In this document: piece after piece, positions 1 through 13,300 of the stretch
Layout: every line of letters begins with the position of its first letter
How positions within the stretch are numbered: position 1 is the first letter of the stretch
From: Macrostomum lignano
Taxonomy: Eukaryota
Assembly: GCA_002269645.1 (NCBI GenBank)
Contig: NIVC01000738.1
Span: 186,001-250,000, forward strand
Reading direction: 5' to 3'
Length of the DNA stretch: 64,000 bases
Program-made: the position numbers and the translations under genes
The notes under the pieces: generated by a model
Databases searched by the model: none
What the model was told of the DNA's origin: nothing
Seen by the model: the letters and a program-made list of their open reading frames with translations, nothing else

Positions 1-67
1 GGGCCAGGCCTGATCGCCCCAGCAGAGCACTTTGCTCTCCGCAGGCGGGCTCGAGCTCTCTCTCTAG

Positions 68-3000
68 CGGCCTTCGAGTGCCGCAGCTGCACGGCATGTT
101 CCCGCCGAACTCGGACAGCTGGCGCCGGCTGCATCACAGGGCCGACCGATTCGTCCGGCCGAGGTTTGCGGGGACCCCTGGGGAGAGGGGGGGCAGCTGC
201 AGCTCTCAAGGGCTTCCACTGGTTAGCGCTGGACTGGCCAATGCTTCTTGCTTCTTGGATCCATGCTTCTGTGCGTCTGAGCGCACGGGTGAGGGAGACA
301 ATCAGGAGTAGGCAATAAGATAGTACTGTAGGGATCGTTTTTGAAGGGAGGAATTATTAGCAATAGCAAAAACAGCAAAACAGTTCGTTCGCTAGTTGCC
401 AGGCGCTTCAGAAAGGCCACTGTGCTCAAATGGGACGTGTGACCCGCGCAGCCAGTGAGGAGGCCCTGACTTTCTCTAAGCGCTGTGGAGTTGACCCAAA
501 TCGGTGTTAACTGCAAACTCCAGCGAGCCCAAATCGGTGTTAACTGCAAACCCCAGCGAGCCCAAATCGGTGTTAACTGCAAACCCCAGCGAGCCCAAAT
601 CGGTGTTAACTGCAAACCCCAGCGACCCCCAATCGGTGTTAACTGCAAACCCAAGCGACCCCCAATCGGTGTTAACTGCAAACCCAAGCGACCCCCAATC
701 GGTGTTAACTGCAAACCCCAGCGACCCCCAATCGGTGTTAACTGCAAACCCCAGCGGCCCCCAATCGGTGTTAACTGCAAACCCCAGCGGCCCCCAATCG
801 GTGTAAGCATGGAGGAGGTCCTCAGCGCACCAGAGCTGCAGCTGGAAACTCGCGGCAAACCAAGCAATGCAATAAACAAACAAATAAAAACAACACAACG
901 GACAGCCGCGTCAGCGTGCCCGTCAGGAGCCTTGACCCCGACTGGTGCGAGGCGGAGGCAGGGGCTGCCAGCCAGCGGTTCAGCTCGGTGCTGGCCGCCG
1001 ACTCGGGCTGGCAGCAGCAGCAGGGCAGGTGCAGCTCGCTGGAGAACCTCGCCTTTGGCCGGGACAGCCGCGTCAGCAAGGAGGACAAAGCGGACGCCTT
1101 CCTGCGCAACCTGAGGGCTGCACACCTGTTCCAGTCCTCCCAGGCGGCCACGGTGAGTGCCGGTCTGGCGCACCGATCAGCCACTCGTCCTGGCCCGGTC
1201 TTCAAGCCGCAATCCTTCAAGTGCCGAAGATTCTCTCTGCATCTGTTTGTTAAACTGCCATCGCATTCGCAAATCCGTCAGTCGAAAAAGATTTTGAAAC
1301 TCCAACCGCCCCGCAGTCGCAGGACAACCGGGACAAGCTGCACGACTACCTGAGCCAGTGCGACGAGTGCGGCTTGCCGAGGCACAACAACGAGCTGCTG
1401 AGCGAGATCAGCGCCGACCTGGCGCCCGGGGCCTGGGCCCAGCCCTCCGACAGGGTGAGCCGCGGCAATTTTGGGCTTCGGGAAAATAATGCACCATCAA
1501 AAATGCATTTAGCGTCTCTCGCCGAAACGCTAAAATTTCCGTTTTAGCTGGGTTTCTAAAAATAGGAGTTGGCGTGACAGTGGAATTCGGCTAGTAGTGA
1601 AGAGGAACTTTTAGAAAGATAATCAGGGAGTTTCTTGGAAAGATAATCAGGGAGTTTCTTGGAAAGATAATCAGGGAGTTTCTTGGAAAGATATTCAGGG
1701 AGTTTCTTGGAAAGATACTCAGGGAGTTTCTTGGAAAAATACTCAGGGAGTTTCTTGGAAAGATACTCAGGGAGTTTCTTATAAAGATACTCAGGGAGTT
1801 TCTTAGAAAGATACTCAGGGAGTTTCTTAGAAAGATGCTCAGGGAGTTTCTTGGAAAGATACTCAGGGAGTTTCTTGGAAAGATACTCAGAGAGTTTCTT
1901 GGAAAGATACTCAGAGAGTTTCTTGGAAAGATACTCAGGGAGTTTCTTGGAAAGATATTCAGGGAGATTCTGGGAAAGATATTCAGGGAGATTCTGGGAA
2001 AGATACTCAGGGAGTTTCTGGGAAAAATACTCAGGGAGTTTCTTAGAAAGATACTCAGGGAGTTTCTTGGAAAGATACTTAGGGTTCTCCAGGTGATTCT
2101 ATGAAATATTATCAGGGAGTTTGTACTCCTTCAACAGAGTCTGATCTGCATTTGAATCTTCTCAGACTTTGACAGCTGGCAAGGCAGTGCGGCAGCAGGC
2201 GGCCATCTGGGAGCTGTGCCAGACCGAGCTGAACATCCTCAGGCACCTGAAAACCATCATTGAGGTGAGGCAATCGGATATTGCACCCCCCTAAAAGCCC
2301 TAGTAAAGCTCAGCATAATCCGCCCGCCCTGCAGATCTACATCGCCGTGATCCACTACCTGCAGTCCAGCGCCAGCCTGCTGCTGGACGTGGACACGGAC
2401 CGCCTATTCCCGGATGTCGCCGCTGTGTTCAGTTCCCACTGCGTCCTGTGGACGAGGCACCTCCGGCCGGCCCTAGAGCTTGCGGCCACATCCGAGGGTC
2501 CCGTCCGGCCGAGGGACTTTGCCGAAGGATTCATCCGGTTCGAGGAGATCTTCGAGCCGGCGCTGGCCTTCTGCCTGCGGATCACCGAGAGCAAGGACTA
2601 CCTTCGTCAGCTGGAGAAAAACGAAGCGTTCAACGACTTCGTGAAGGTTTGCAGCTTGCTTTTGCTCCAAAGATTTCCAGAGCCTTCAGAGTTTCCAATG
2701 CCAACTTCTGATCTCTGAACGCAAATACAACTTCAGTGGGCTCAGAAGTCCAGTGCTAAAAACTACAACTCGAACGACTGCTCCATGGACCTTCAGCTGA
2801 AGTCGCTGCTGACGATGCCCTTCCAGCGGCTGACAAAGTACGGCCTGCTGCTGCAGGAGATTCAGCGCCACACAGAGGACGGAGAGGATCGCGAGGCCTT
2901 GGAGCTGATGGTGAGGGTCTGCGAGTTTAGAGTCGCAGGGCAAAATATTCTGCCATTTCTTAATCTAAATGCTGATTCCTATTTCCATAAAAATATTTTT

Positions 3001-6000
3001 GCATGATCACACATCTGCTATTGGCATTTGATGGCAGTGTGACTGATCATGATCACACATCTGCTATTGGCATTTGATGGCAGTGTGACTGATCATGATC
3101 ACACATCTGCTATTGGCATTTGATGGCAGTGTGACTGATCATGATCACACATCTGCTATTGGCATTTGATGGCAGTGTGACTGACTGATCATGAGCACAC
3201 ATCTGCTATTGGCATTTGATGGCAGTGTGACTGATCATGATCACACATCTGCTATTGGCATTTGATGGCAGTGTGACTGATCATGATCACACATCTGCTA
3301 TTGGCATTTGATGGCAGTGTGACTGACTGATCATGAGCACACATCTGCTATTGGCATTTGATGGCAGTGTGACTGATCATGAGCACACATCTGCTATTGG
3401 CATTTGATGGCAGTGTGACTGATCATGATCACACATCTGCTATTGGCATTTGATGGCAGTGTGACTGACTGATCATGAGCACACATCTGCTATTGGCATT
3501 TGATGGCAGTGTGACTGATCATGATCACACATCTGCTATTGTCATTTGATGGCAGTGTGACTGATCATGATCACACATCTGCTATTGGCATTTGATGGCA
3601 GCGTGACTGACTGATCATGATCACACATCTGCTATTGGCATTTGATGGCAGTGTGACTGATCATGATCACACATCTGCTATTGGCATTTGATGGCAGTGT
3701 GACTGATCATGATCACACATCTGCTATTGGCATTTGATGGCAGTGTGACTGATCATGATCACACATCTGCTATTGGCATTTGATGGCAGTGTGACTGACT
3801 GATCATGAGCACACATCTGCTATTGGCATTTGATGGCAGTGTGACTGATCATGAGCACACATCTGCTATTGGCATTTGATGGCAGTGTGACTGACTGATC
3901 ATGAGCACACATCTGCTATTGGCATTTGATGGCAGTGTGACTGATCATGATCACACATCTGCTATTGGCATTTGATGGCAGCGTGACTGACTGATCATGA
4001 TCACACATCTGCTATTGGCATTTGATGGCAGTGTGACTGATCATGATCACACATCTGCTATTGGCATTTGATGGCAGCGTGACTGACTGATCATGATCAC
4101 ACATCTGCTATTGGCATTTGATGGCAGTGTGACTGATCATGATCACACATATGCTATTGGCATTTGATGGCAGTGTGACTGATCATGATCACACATCTGC
4201 TATTGGCATTTGATGGCAGTGTGACTGATCATGATCACACATATGCTAATGGAATTTGATGGCAGTGTGACTGATCATGATCACACATCTGCTAATGGAA
4301 TTTGATGGCAGTGTGACTGATCATGATCACACATCTGCTAATGGAATTTGATGGCAGTGTGACTGATCATGATCACACATCTGCTATTGGCATTTGATGG
4401 CGGTGTGACTGACTGATCATGATCACACATCTGCTATTGGCATTTGATGGCAGTGTGACTGATCATGATCATAAGACAAGGAAATGTCACAGTCTGAGCA
4501 AAGTGCTTTGCCATATTGCACTAATTCTGCTTTTAAATAGAAATTTTGCGTTAAACTTTGGATGATTGGTTGATTTCATCTCATCTTTCTGCCACTAATT
4601 AATAAAGCTTTTATTTGCCGATCGAATCCCGATCCCACTGGAACAATTTGTGTCCTTGAGCAAGACACTGAACTCTGGATTGCTGAGGCAATTGAGGGTG
4701 TGGTGACCCCCAGTCCTTGGACTGAACAGCCGTACGCAGCCTTCAGATGCGCCGCGCAATAGCTGCGGCTGAGCTGTCGGTTGCACATCTGCCTAATAGG
4801 GCAGGTGTAAGCAATTATTATTATTATATTATGCTATACTAAAAGCAACAGAAATAGCCATGAATGCACAAGAAGCAAATTTGCAATTTGCCCAGATCGG
4901 CAGCGTGTCGGAGTTCTGCAACAAGATGAACAGCCTGTACCAGGACAAGGCGGACGAGGAGGAGCTCCGCGGCATAGCGGACCGGCTCGAGGACGCGAAG
5001 ACCAACGAGCAGCTGGACGCGCTCGGCGAGGAGTGCTCCAGTCAGCTGAGCAAGTTCCGGCTGAACCTGCGCTCCGCCATGCCGCACAATGGCCAGCCAA
5101 GGCGGAAACTCATGGAGGCCGACGTCAGGCTAAAGGACGAGCGGGGAAAGGTGAGAGTCTGCTACAGTGCTGCAGTTATTGGGTGAGAGTCTGCTACAGT
5201 GCTGCAGTTATTGGGTGAGAGTCTGCTACAGTGCTGCAGTTATTGGGTGAGAGTCTGCAAGCTACAGTGCTGCAGTTATTGGGTGAGAGTCTGCAAGCTA
5301 CAGTGCTGCAGTTATTGGGTGCCAATTCGAGCCAACCTGCCGAAGTCATGGGTTCGATGCTGACGTTCAAGGTCCATGCCGCTGTGCACCCTACATGAGC
5401 GCGTGTCTGCACACCTATTCATGTCAGGATGAGCTGAATGTTGGGCTTCAACTGCTTTGCCTTCCCCCTGGCTGCTGGACGCCTTGAAAGCCCACCGTGA
5501 CTGGACACCCAACTAAAAGTCGCATGCAACTCCCGCTCCAGTGGACCGACGCCCGCCTGCTGCTGTTCACGGATCTCATGCTGGTCACGAAGGTGTGCGG
5601 CAAACGCCAGCTGCTTCGGCTGCTCAGGACGCCTGTGAGACTGGACAAGCTGGCGGTTTGCCGGCTCGACTGCAGTGAGTTTTACCACCACGGTGTCATG
5701 AAACGAGAGTCCACCTGAATAATTCAGCCTGCTCAACTCATCCTTCATCCTTCACCCGTAGCCTCGCTGGTCCTGGCCGCCCTGACGGACTTCAAGAGTC
5801 TGGACGGCCTGCACTGCGTCACCCTGCCGGAGCAGCGGCTCTGCGACGACTGGCTGGAGCGAATCCGTCAGGCGCAAGCCGCCCTGCAGGTGCATCCATC
5901 TGTAAACTTTGAGCAAAAAATGGGAGAAAAACGGCCTGTCTCACTATATGGAGTCTCAATGAGCTCACTATGGGTCTCAATGAGCTCACTATGGGGTCTC

Positions 6001-8158
6001 AATGAGCTCACTATGGGTCTCAATGAGCTAGCTCACTATGGGTCTCAATGAGCTCACTATAGGTCTCAATGAGCTCACTATGGGGTCTCAATGAGCTCAC
6101 TATGGGTCTCAATGAGCTAGCTCACTATGGGTCTCAATGAGCTCACTATAGGTCTCAATGAGCTCACTATGGGTCTCAATGAGCTCACTATGGAGTCTCA
6201 ATGAGCTCACTATGGGTCTCAATGAGCTCACTATGGGTCTCAATGAGCCCACTATGGGTCTCAATGAGCTCACTATGGGGTCTCAATGAGCTCACTTTGC
6301 GGTCTCAATGAGCTCACTATGGGGTCTCAATGAGCTCACTATGTGGTCTCAATGAGCTCACTATGGGGTCTCAATGAGCTCACTATGGGGTCTCAATGAG
6401 CTCTCTATGGGGTCTCAATGAGCTCACTATGGAGTCTCAATGAGCTCACTATGGGTCTCAATGAGCTCACTATGGAGTCTCAATGAGCTCACTATGGGGT
6501 CTCAATGAGCTCACTATAGGTCTCAATGAGCTCACTATGGGTCTCAATGAGCTCACTATGGAGTCTCAATGAGCTCACTATGGGGTCTCAATGAGCTCAC
6601 TATGGGGTCTCAATGAGCTCACTATGGGGTCTCAATAAGCTCAGTATGGGGTCTCAATGAGCTCAGTATGTGGTCTCAATGAGCTCACTATGGGGTCTCA
6701 ATGAGCTCACTATGGGGTCTCAATGAGCTCACTATGGGTCTCAAGGAGCTCACTATGGGGTCTCAATGAGCTCACTATGGGGTCTCAATGAGCTCACTAT
6801 GGGGTCTCAATGAGCTCACTATGGGGTCTCAATGAGCTCACTATGGGGTCTCAATGAGCTCACTATGGGGTCTCAATGAGCTCACTATGGGGTCTCAGTG
6901 AGCTCTGATAGAAACGGGCATTCTGTGACTTCCAAAATTGCTTGATTGCACTGCAGAGTCAACTGAGCTTGGAGGCCTCAGCCGCCGCCGCCCCCGTCGC
7001 AGATGCCGAGAGCGCCGCCAGCCACCCGAAGCCGGTGCGCTGGCTGTCAGAAAGCCAGTCGCCACCGCCGCAGCCTCGACACTCGCAGCAGCTGCAGCAG
7101 CGACCTCAGCAGCACCACCCAATTGTGACATCTAACAGCGGCGGCAGCGGTCGGGTCCGCGCTACAACCCTTCTGGAGGTGGCCACGGCGGCTTCAGCGG
7201 GGAAAATCCACGCGGCCCACAGCAGCAGCGAGCTGGACGCCATTGAGCGGGAGCCGCTGCCGCAGCCTCCGTCACCAGGGAAAGAACAGCAGCAGCTCAG
7301 CGGGAAGGTACGGCATGGCCACCGCGCTCTCTTTCTTAAATGAGCAATGCCTGAGCATTCCTGAGCAATGCCTGAGCATGCCTGAGCAATGCCTGAGGAT
7401 AAAAAAGCCTTGGCCGCTGGGCTGTCTGTGTGACTTTCGAGGAACAGAACAACTGCATTCTCAGCATTTAATGAGCGATCTCTCACCCCCATTCACCAGC
7501 ATTTGGTGAGCGATCTCTCACCCCCATTCACCAGCATTTGGTGAGCGATCTCTCACCCCCATTCACCAGCATTTGGTGAGCGATCTCTCACCCCCATTCA
7601 CCAGCATTTGGTGAGCGATCTCTCACTCCCATTCACCAGCATTTGGTGAGCGATCTCTCACTCCCATTCACCAGCATTTGGTGAGCGATCTCTCACCCCC
7701 ATTCACCAGCATTTGGTGAGCGATCTCTCACCCCCATTCACCAGCATTTGGTGAGCGATCTCTCACTCCCATTCACCAGCATTTGCAGGTGAGCGATCTC
7801 TCACCCCCATTCACCAGCATTTGGTGAGCGATCTCTCACTCCCCCCACTCTCTCAGTCGCAGCAGTTCCGCATGTCCGAGCACCGCCACACGGTCCTGCA
7901 GCAGTGGTACCTGTCCCAGCACCAGCGCGAGCACTCGGCACCCAGCTCCGTGCTGAGCAGGTCGCCTTTGAGGCAGAAAAAGCAACAGCAAAAGCAACAG
8001 AAGCAGCCGCGAGAGCAGCAGCAGCGAAGCAACTCAGCTGAGGAAGCCGGCACGAGCTCCGCGACTTCAGCGGCGGCGGCGGCGCTCATTCCGGCCAGGG
8101 AGCTCACGCCAGAGAGGCGGCGGCTCATGAGCTACATCAGCTCGTCCGGACAGGCTCC
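68..8158 (+). CDS. DH-PH Rho guanine nucleotide exchange factor, PLEKHG5/6/7-like (partial, multi-exon)
   Basis: Phase-consistent GT-AG exon chain: 68-163, 927-1152, 1317-1454, 2166-2264, 2335-2646, 2737-2910, 4896-5150, 5542-5674, 5762-5889, 6957-7307, 7857-8158. DH motifs RQQAAIWELCQTE and LKSLLTMPFQRLTKYGLLLQEI; PH motifs LLLFTDLMLVTK and DWLERIRQAQ; low-complexity C-terminal tail. The start lies upstream of the window. Confidence 0.88.
487..805. repeat. Intronic minisatellite, 33-bp unit
   Basis: AATCGGTGTTAACTGCAAACCCCAGCGA(G/C)CCCA tandem, about 9-10 copies. Confidence 0.95.
1609..2120. repeat. Intronic minisatellite, 24-bp unit
   Basis: GAAAGATACTCAGGGAGTTTCTTG tandem. Confidence 0.95.
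3003..4470. repeat. Intronic minisatellite, 46/50-bp unit
   Basis: ATGATCACACATCTGCTATTGGCATTTGATGGCAGTGTGACTGATC, with a +CTGA variant. Confidence 0.96.
5151..5321. repeat. Minisatellite starting at the splice donor, 32/36-bp unit
   Basis: GTGAGAGTCTGC(AAGC)TACAGTGCTGCAGTTATTGG x5; the first copy begins with the donor GT at 5151. Confidence 0.93.
5941..6900. repeat. Intronic minisatellite, 22/23-bp unit
   Basis: TCACTATGG(G)GTCTCAATGAGC tandem. Confidence 0.96.
7472..7850. repeat. Intronic minisatellite, 35-bp unit, running into the acceptor
   Basis: GTGAGCGATCTCTCACCCCCATTCACCAGCATTTG, about 10 copies. Confidence 0.94.
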
Positions 8159-8218
8159 GTGAGTTTATTGACCGATTTTTCATTGCATTATGAAAATCAT
8201 TATGAAACCAGATCATTA

Positions 8219-8915
8219 CATTGATCTGGTCTGGTTTGGGGTGGACATTGATCTGGTCTGGTTTGGGGTGGACATTGATCTGGTCTGGTTTGGAGTGGAC
8301 ATTGATCTGGTCTGGTTTCGTGTGGACATTGATCTGGTCTGGTTTGGGGTGGACATTGATCTGGTCTGGTTTGGGGTGGACATTGATCTGGTCTGGTTTC
8401 GTGTGGACATTGATCTGGTCTGGTTTCGTGTGGACATTGATCTGGTCTGGTTTGGGGTGGAAATTGATCTGGTCTGGTTTGGAGTGGACATTGATCTGGT
8501 CTGGTTTCGTGTGGACATTGATCTGGTCTGGTTTGGGGTGGACATTGATCTGGTCTGGTTTGGGGTGGACATTGATCTGGTCTGGTTTCGTGTGGACATT
8601 GATCTGGTCTGGTTTGGGGTGGACATTGATCTGGTCTGGTTTGGGGTGGACATTGATCTGGTCTGGTTTGGGGTGGACATTGATCTGGTCTGGTTTCGTG
8701 TGGACATTGATCTGGTCTGGTTTGGGGTGGACATTGATCTGGTCTGGTTGGGGTGGACATTGATCTGGTCTGGTTTCGTGTGGACATTGATCTGGTCTGG
8801 TTTGGGGTGGACATTGATCTGGTCTGGTTTGGAGTGGACATTGATCTGGTCTGGTTTGGAGTGGACATTGATCTGATCTGGTTTCGTGTGGACATTGATC
8901 TGGTCTGGTCTGGTC
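8219..8915. repeat. Minisatellite, 27-bp unit
   Basis: ACATTGATCTGGTCTGGTTT(GGG/CGT/GGA)GTGG tandem. Confidence 0.95.
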
Positions 8916-8934
8916 TGGTTGCTGGCTCATTCAG

Positions 8935-9250
8935 TCCAGCTCACGGTACCTTAGGCCACAACGGAAGCTCAAGCAGCGTAGAATTTGTTCCACGAGAACG
9001 AATGGTTAATTTTTTATTTTCCAAAGGAGTGAGGATTTCGCGATCGGCCCTCGCCAAGCTGTCTGGGGGGTGGGGGACAAATCCAATTTGCAAAGCCTCT
9101 GCCGACAGCACAGAGCCGGCCGGCTACACAGAAGGCGTGAGGGCTCGCGGCAAGTCCTGCAAAATCTATGGAAATTTTTGCCACTTGTCTGAAAGCTCCC
9201 CCTCCCAGGTTGCTCCCAGTTGCGGTGGTCATGCAGAATTCGCAGCCTGA
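8935..9250 (+). CDS. Candidate further/terminal exon of the RhoGEF (option A)
   Basis: TCATTCAG acceptor after the 27-bp array; phase 2 matches the GTGAGT donor at 8159; frame open to TGA at 9250. No conserved domain to confirm it. Confidence 0.35.
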
Positions 9251-9322
9251 CAGTGATGATTTATTACATGCCTGATTGTGAATATGTACAGTAATAATTA
9301 TTTTAATAACATGTGATATTTA

Positions 9323-9862
9323 GAGACAGGTTCTGGCGATTTTCGGGGACAGATTCTGACAATTTTCGGGGACAGATTCTGGCGATTTTCGGGGACAGAT
9401 TCTGACGATTTTCGGGGACAGATTCTGACGATTTTCGGGGACAGATTCTGGCGATTTTCGGGGACAGATTCTGACGATTTTCGGGGACAGATTCTGGCGA
9501 TTTTCGGGGACAGATTCTGGCGATTTTCGGGGACAGATTCTGACGATTTTCGGGGACAGATTCTGGCGATTTTCGGGGACAGATTCTGGCGATTTTCGGG
9601 GACAGATTCTGGCGATTTTCGGGGACAGATTCTGACGATTTTCGGGGACAGATTCTGACGATTTTCGGGGACAGATTCTGGCGATTTTCGGGGACAGATT
9701 CTGACGATTTTCGGGGACAGATTCTGACGATTTTCGGGGACAGATTCTGGCGATTTTCGGGGACAGATTCTGACGATTTTCGAGGACAGATTCTGGCGAT
9801 TTTCGGGGACAGATTCTGCCAATTTTCGGGGACAGATTCTGCCAATTTTCGGGGACAGATTC
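9323..9862. repeat. Minisatellite, 23-bp unit
   Basis: CGGGGACAGATTCTG(A/G)CGATTTT tandem. Confidence 0.95.
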
Positions 9863-10325
9863 GACTTGATTTTGTCGAACAGTTTTAGGAAATAAATCAG
9901 CGGTTGAACTGTTTTGGAGATGTCTCAGAACTCAGAACTGAAGCTGATTCGCTGTTTAAAAGCAGGCAGTTCTTAGGCTGATTGAGGCACAGCAGGCAGC
10001 CAAGTTTCCCAGCCAGAGACTCCCGCCGGCAGGCCTAATGACTGGATTTCGTGACTGAGAGCTGGCCCAGCTGCAGTGTCGCCCCCCCCCCCCCCCAGAT
10101 TTACAGCCGCCTTCTCTGGGTAGACGCTCGCTGCGGCAACAATAAATAACAGCTGAAGTTTAGCTCCAATTCCGTACAAGTACTTAACTTCAGAACGTTA
10201 GGCATCTCCGTGTACAAGCAGAATTTGCTGCTTTCCGAGAGCATTCTCTACCCAGAAAGTTGTACAGAGCGCGCGATGTGCAGTAATATCACACCTGTTT
10301 ACAGCGTACTCGAGTAATTTGCCGA

Positions 10326-13300
10326 ATTTGCCGATCTGATCTTGAATCTGCCACTCTGAAACTGAATCTGCCACTCTGAAACTGAATCTGCCACTCTGAA
10401 ACTGAATCTGCCACTCTGATCCTGAATCTGCCAATCTAATCTTGAAACTGCCACTCTGAAACTGAATCTGCCACTCTGAAACTGAATCTGCCACTCTGAT
10501 CCTGAATCTGCCAATCTAATATTGAAACTGCCACTCTGAAACTGAATCTGCCACTCTGATCCTGAATCTGCCAATCTAATCTTGAAACTGCCACTCTGAA
10601 ACTGAATCTGCCACTCTGAAACTGAATCTGCCACTCTGAAACTGAATCTGCCACTCTGATCCTGAATCTGCCAATCTAATCTTGAAACTGCCACTCTGAA
10701 ACTGAATCTGCCACTCTGATCCTGAATCTGCTGCTCTAATCTTGAAACTGCCACTCTGATCCTGAATCTGCTGCTCTAATCTTGAAACTGCCACTCTGAG
10801 ACTGAATCTGCCAATCTAATCTTGAAACTGCCACTCTGATCCTGAATCTGCCACTCTGAGACTGAATCTGCCACTCTAATCTTGAAACTGCCACTCTGAT
10901 CCTGAATCTGCCAATCTAATCTTGAAACTGCCACTCTGAAACTGAATCTGCCACTCTGATCCTGAATCTGCCAATCTAATCTTGAAACTGCCACTCTGAA
11001 ACTGAATCTGCCACTCTGATCCTGAATCTGCCAATCTAATCTTGAAACTGCCACTCTGAAACTGAATCTGCCACTCTGATCCTGAATCTGCTGCTCTAAT
11101 CTTGAAACTGCCACTCTGATCCTGAATCTGCTGCTCTAATCTTGAAACTGCCACTCTGATCCTGAATCTGCCAATCTAATCTTGAAACTGCCACTCTGAT
11201 CCTGAATCTGCCACTCTGAGACTGAATCTGCCACTCTAATCTTGAAACTGCCACTCTGATCCTGAATCTGCCAATCTAATCTTGAAACTGCCACTCTGAT
11301 CCTGAATCTGCCACTCTGATCCTGAATCTGCCAATCTAATCTTGAAACTGCCACTCTGAAACTGAATCTGTCACTCTGAAACTAAATCTGCCACTCTGAT
11401 CCTGAATCTGCCACTCTGATCCTGAATCTGCCACTCTGATCCTGTATCTGACTATCTGATCTTGAAACTGCCACTCTGATTTTGAATCTGCCACTCTGAT
11501 CCTGTATCTGACTATCTGATCCTTTATCTGACTATCTGATCTTGAATCCGCCACTCTGGTCTGAAACTGCCACTCTGATCCTGTATCTGACTATCTGATC
11601 TTGAATCTGCCACTCTGATCCTGTATCTGACTATCTGATCTTGAATCTGCCACTCTGATCCTGTATCTGACTATCTGATCTTGAATCTGCCACTCTGATC
11701 CTGTATCTGACTATCTGATCTTGAATCTGCCACTCTAATCTTGAATCTGCCATTCTGATCTTGAATCTGCCACTCTGATACTAAATCTGCCACTCTGATC
11801 CTGAATCTACCACTCTGATCCCGTATCTGACTATCTGATCCTGAATCTACCACTCTGATCCTGTATCTGACTATCTGATCCTGAATCTGCCACTCTAATC
11901 TTGAAACTGCCACTCTGAAACTGAATCTGTCACTCTGATCATGAAACTGCCACTCTGATACTAAATCTGCCACTCTGATCCTGAATCTGCCACTCTGATC
12001 CTGAATCTGCCACTCTGATCCTGAATCTGACTATCTGATCCTGAATCTGCCACTCTGATCCTGTATCTGACTATCTGATCCTGAATCTGCCACTCTGATC
12101 CTGTATCTGACTATCTGATCCTGAATCTGCCACTCTGATCCTGTATCTGACTATCTGATCCTGAATCTGCCACTCTGATCCTGTATCTGACTATCTGATC
12201 TTGAATCTGCCACTCTGATCCTGTATCTGACTATCTGATCTTGAATCTGCCACTCTGATCCTGTATCTGACTATCTGATCTTGAATCTGCCACTCTAATC
12301 TTGAATCTGCCATTCTGATCTTGAATCTGCCACTCTGATACTAAATCTGCCACTCTGATCCTGAATCTACCACTCTGATCCCGTATCTGACTATCTGATC
12401 CTGAATCTACCACTCTGATCCTGTATCTGACTATCTGATCCTGAATCTGCCACTCTAATCTTGAAACTGCCACTCTGAAACTGAATCTGTCACTCTGATC
12501 ATGAAACTGCCACTCTGATACTAAATCTGCCACTCTGATCCTGAATCTGCCACTCTGATCCTGTAACTGACTATCTGATCCTGAATCTGCCACTCTGATC
12601 CTGAATCTGACTATCTGATCCTGAATCTGCCACTCTGATCCTGTATCTGACTATCTGATCCTGAATCTGCCACTCTGATCCTGTATCTGACTATCTGATC
12701 CTGAATCTACCACTCTGATCCTGTATCTGACTATCTGATCCTGAATCTGCCACTCTGATCCTGTATCTGACTATCTGATCCTGAATCTGCCACTCTGATC
12801 CTGTATCTGACTATCTGATCCTGAATCTGCCACTCTGATCCTGTATCTGACTATCTGATCCTGAATCTGCCACTCTGATCCTGTATCTGACTATCTGATC
12901 CTGAATCTGCCACTCTGATCCTGTATCTGAATATCTGATTTGAATCTGCCACTTTAATCCTGAATCTGCCATTCTGATCTTGAATCTGCCGCTCTGATAC
13001 AGAATCTACTGATCTGATACTGGATCTGCCACTTTGATCCTGAATATGGCTATCGGATCCTGAATATGACTATCTGATATGGCTATCTGATCCTGAATAT
13101 GACTATCTGATCCTGAATATGGCTATCTGACCTGAATATGGCTATCTGACCTGAATATGGCTATCTGATCCTGAATATGGCTATCTGATCCTGAATATGG
13201 CTATCTGACCTGAATATGGCTATCTGACCTGAATATGGCTATCTGATCCTGAATATGGCTATCTGACCTGAATATGGCTATCTGACCTGAATATGGCTAT

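Noticed and set aside
223-1173. 316-aa minus ORF and similar repeat-spanning ORFs (8067-8930, 56175-56984 N-terminal part, 59342-60334, 61160-61990)
   Set aside because: Periodic peptides from intronic minisatellites, antisense to or within introns of real genes.
3003-4470. CRISPR-like appearance of regular repeat arrays
   Set aside because: Units are head-to-tail with no unique spacers; eukaryotic intron context; no cas genes.
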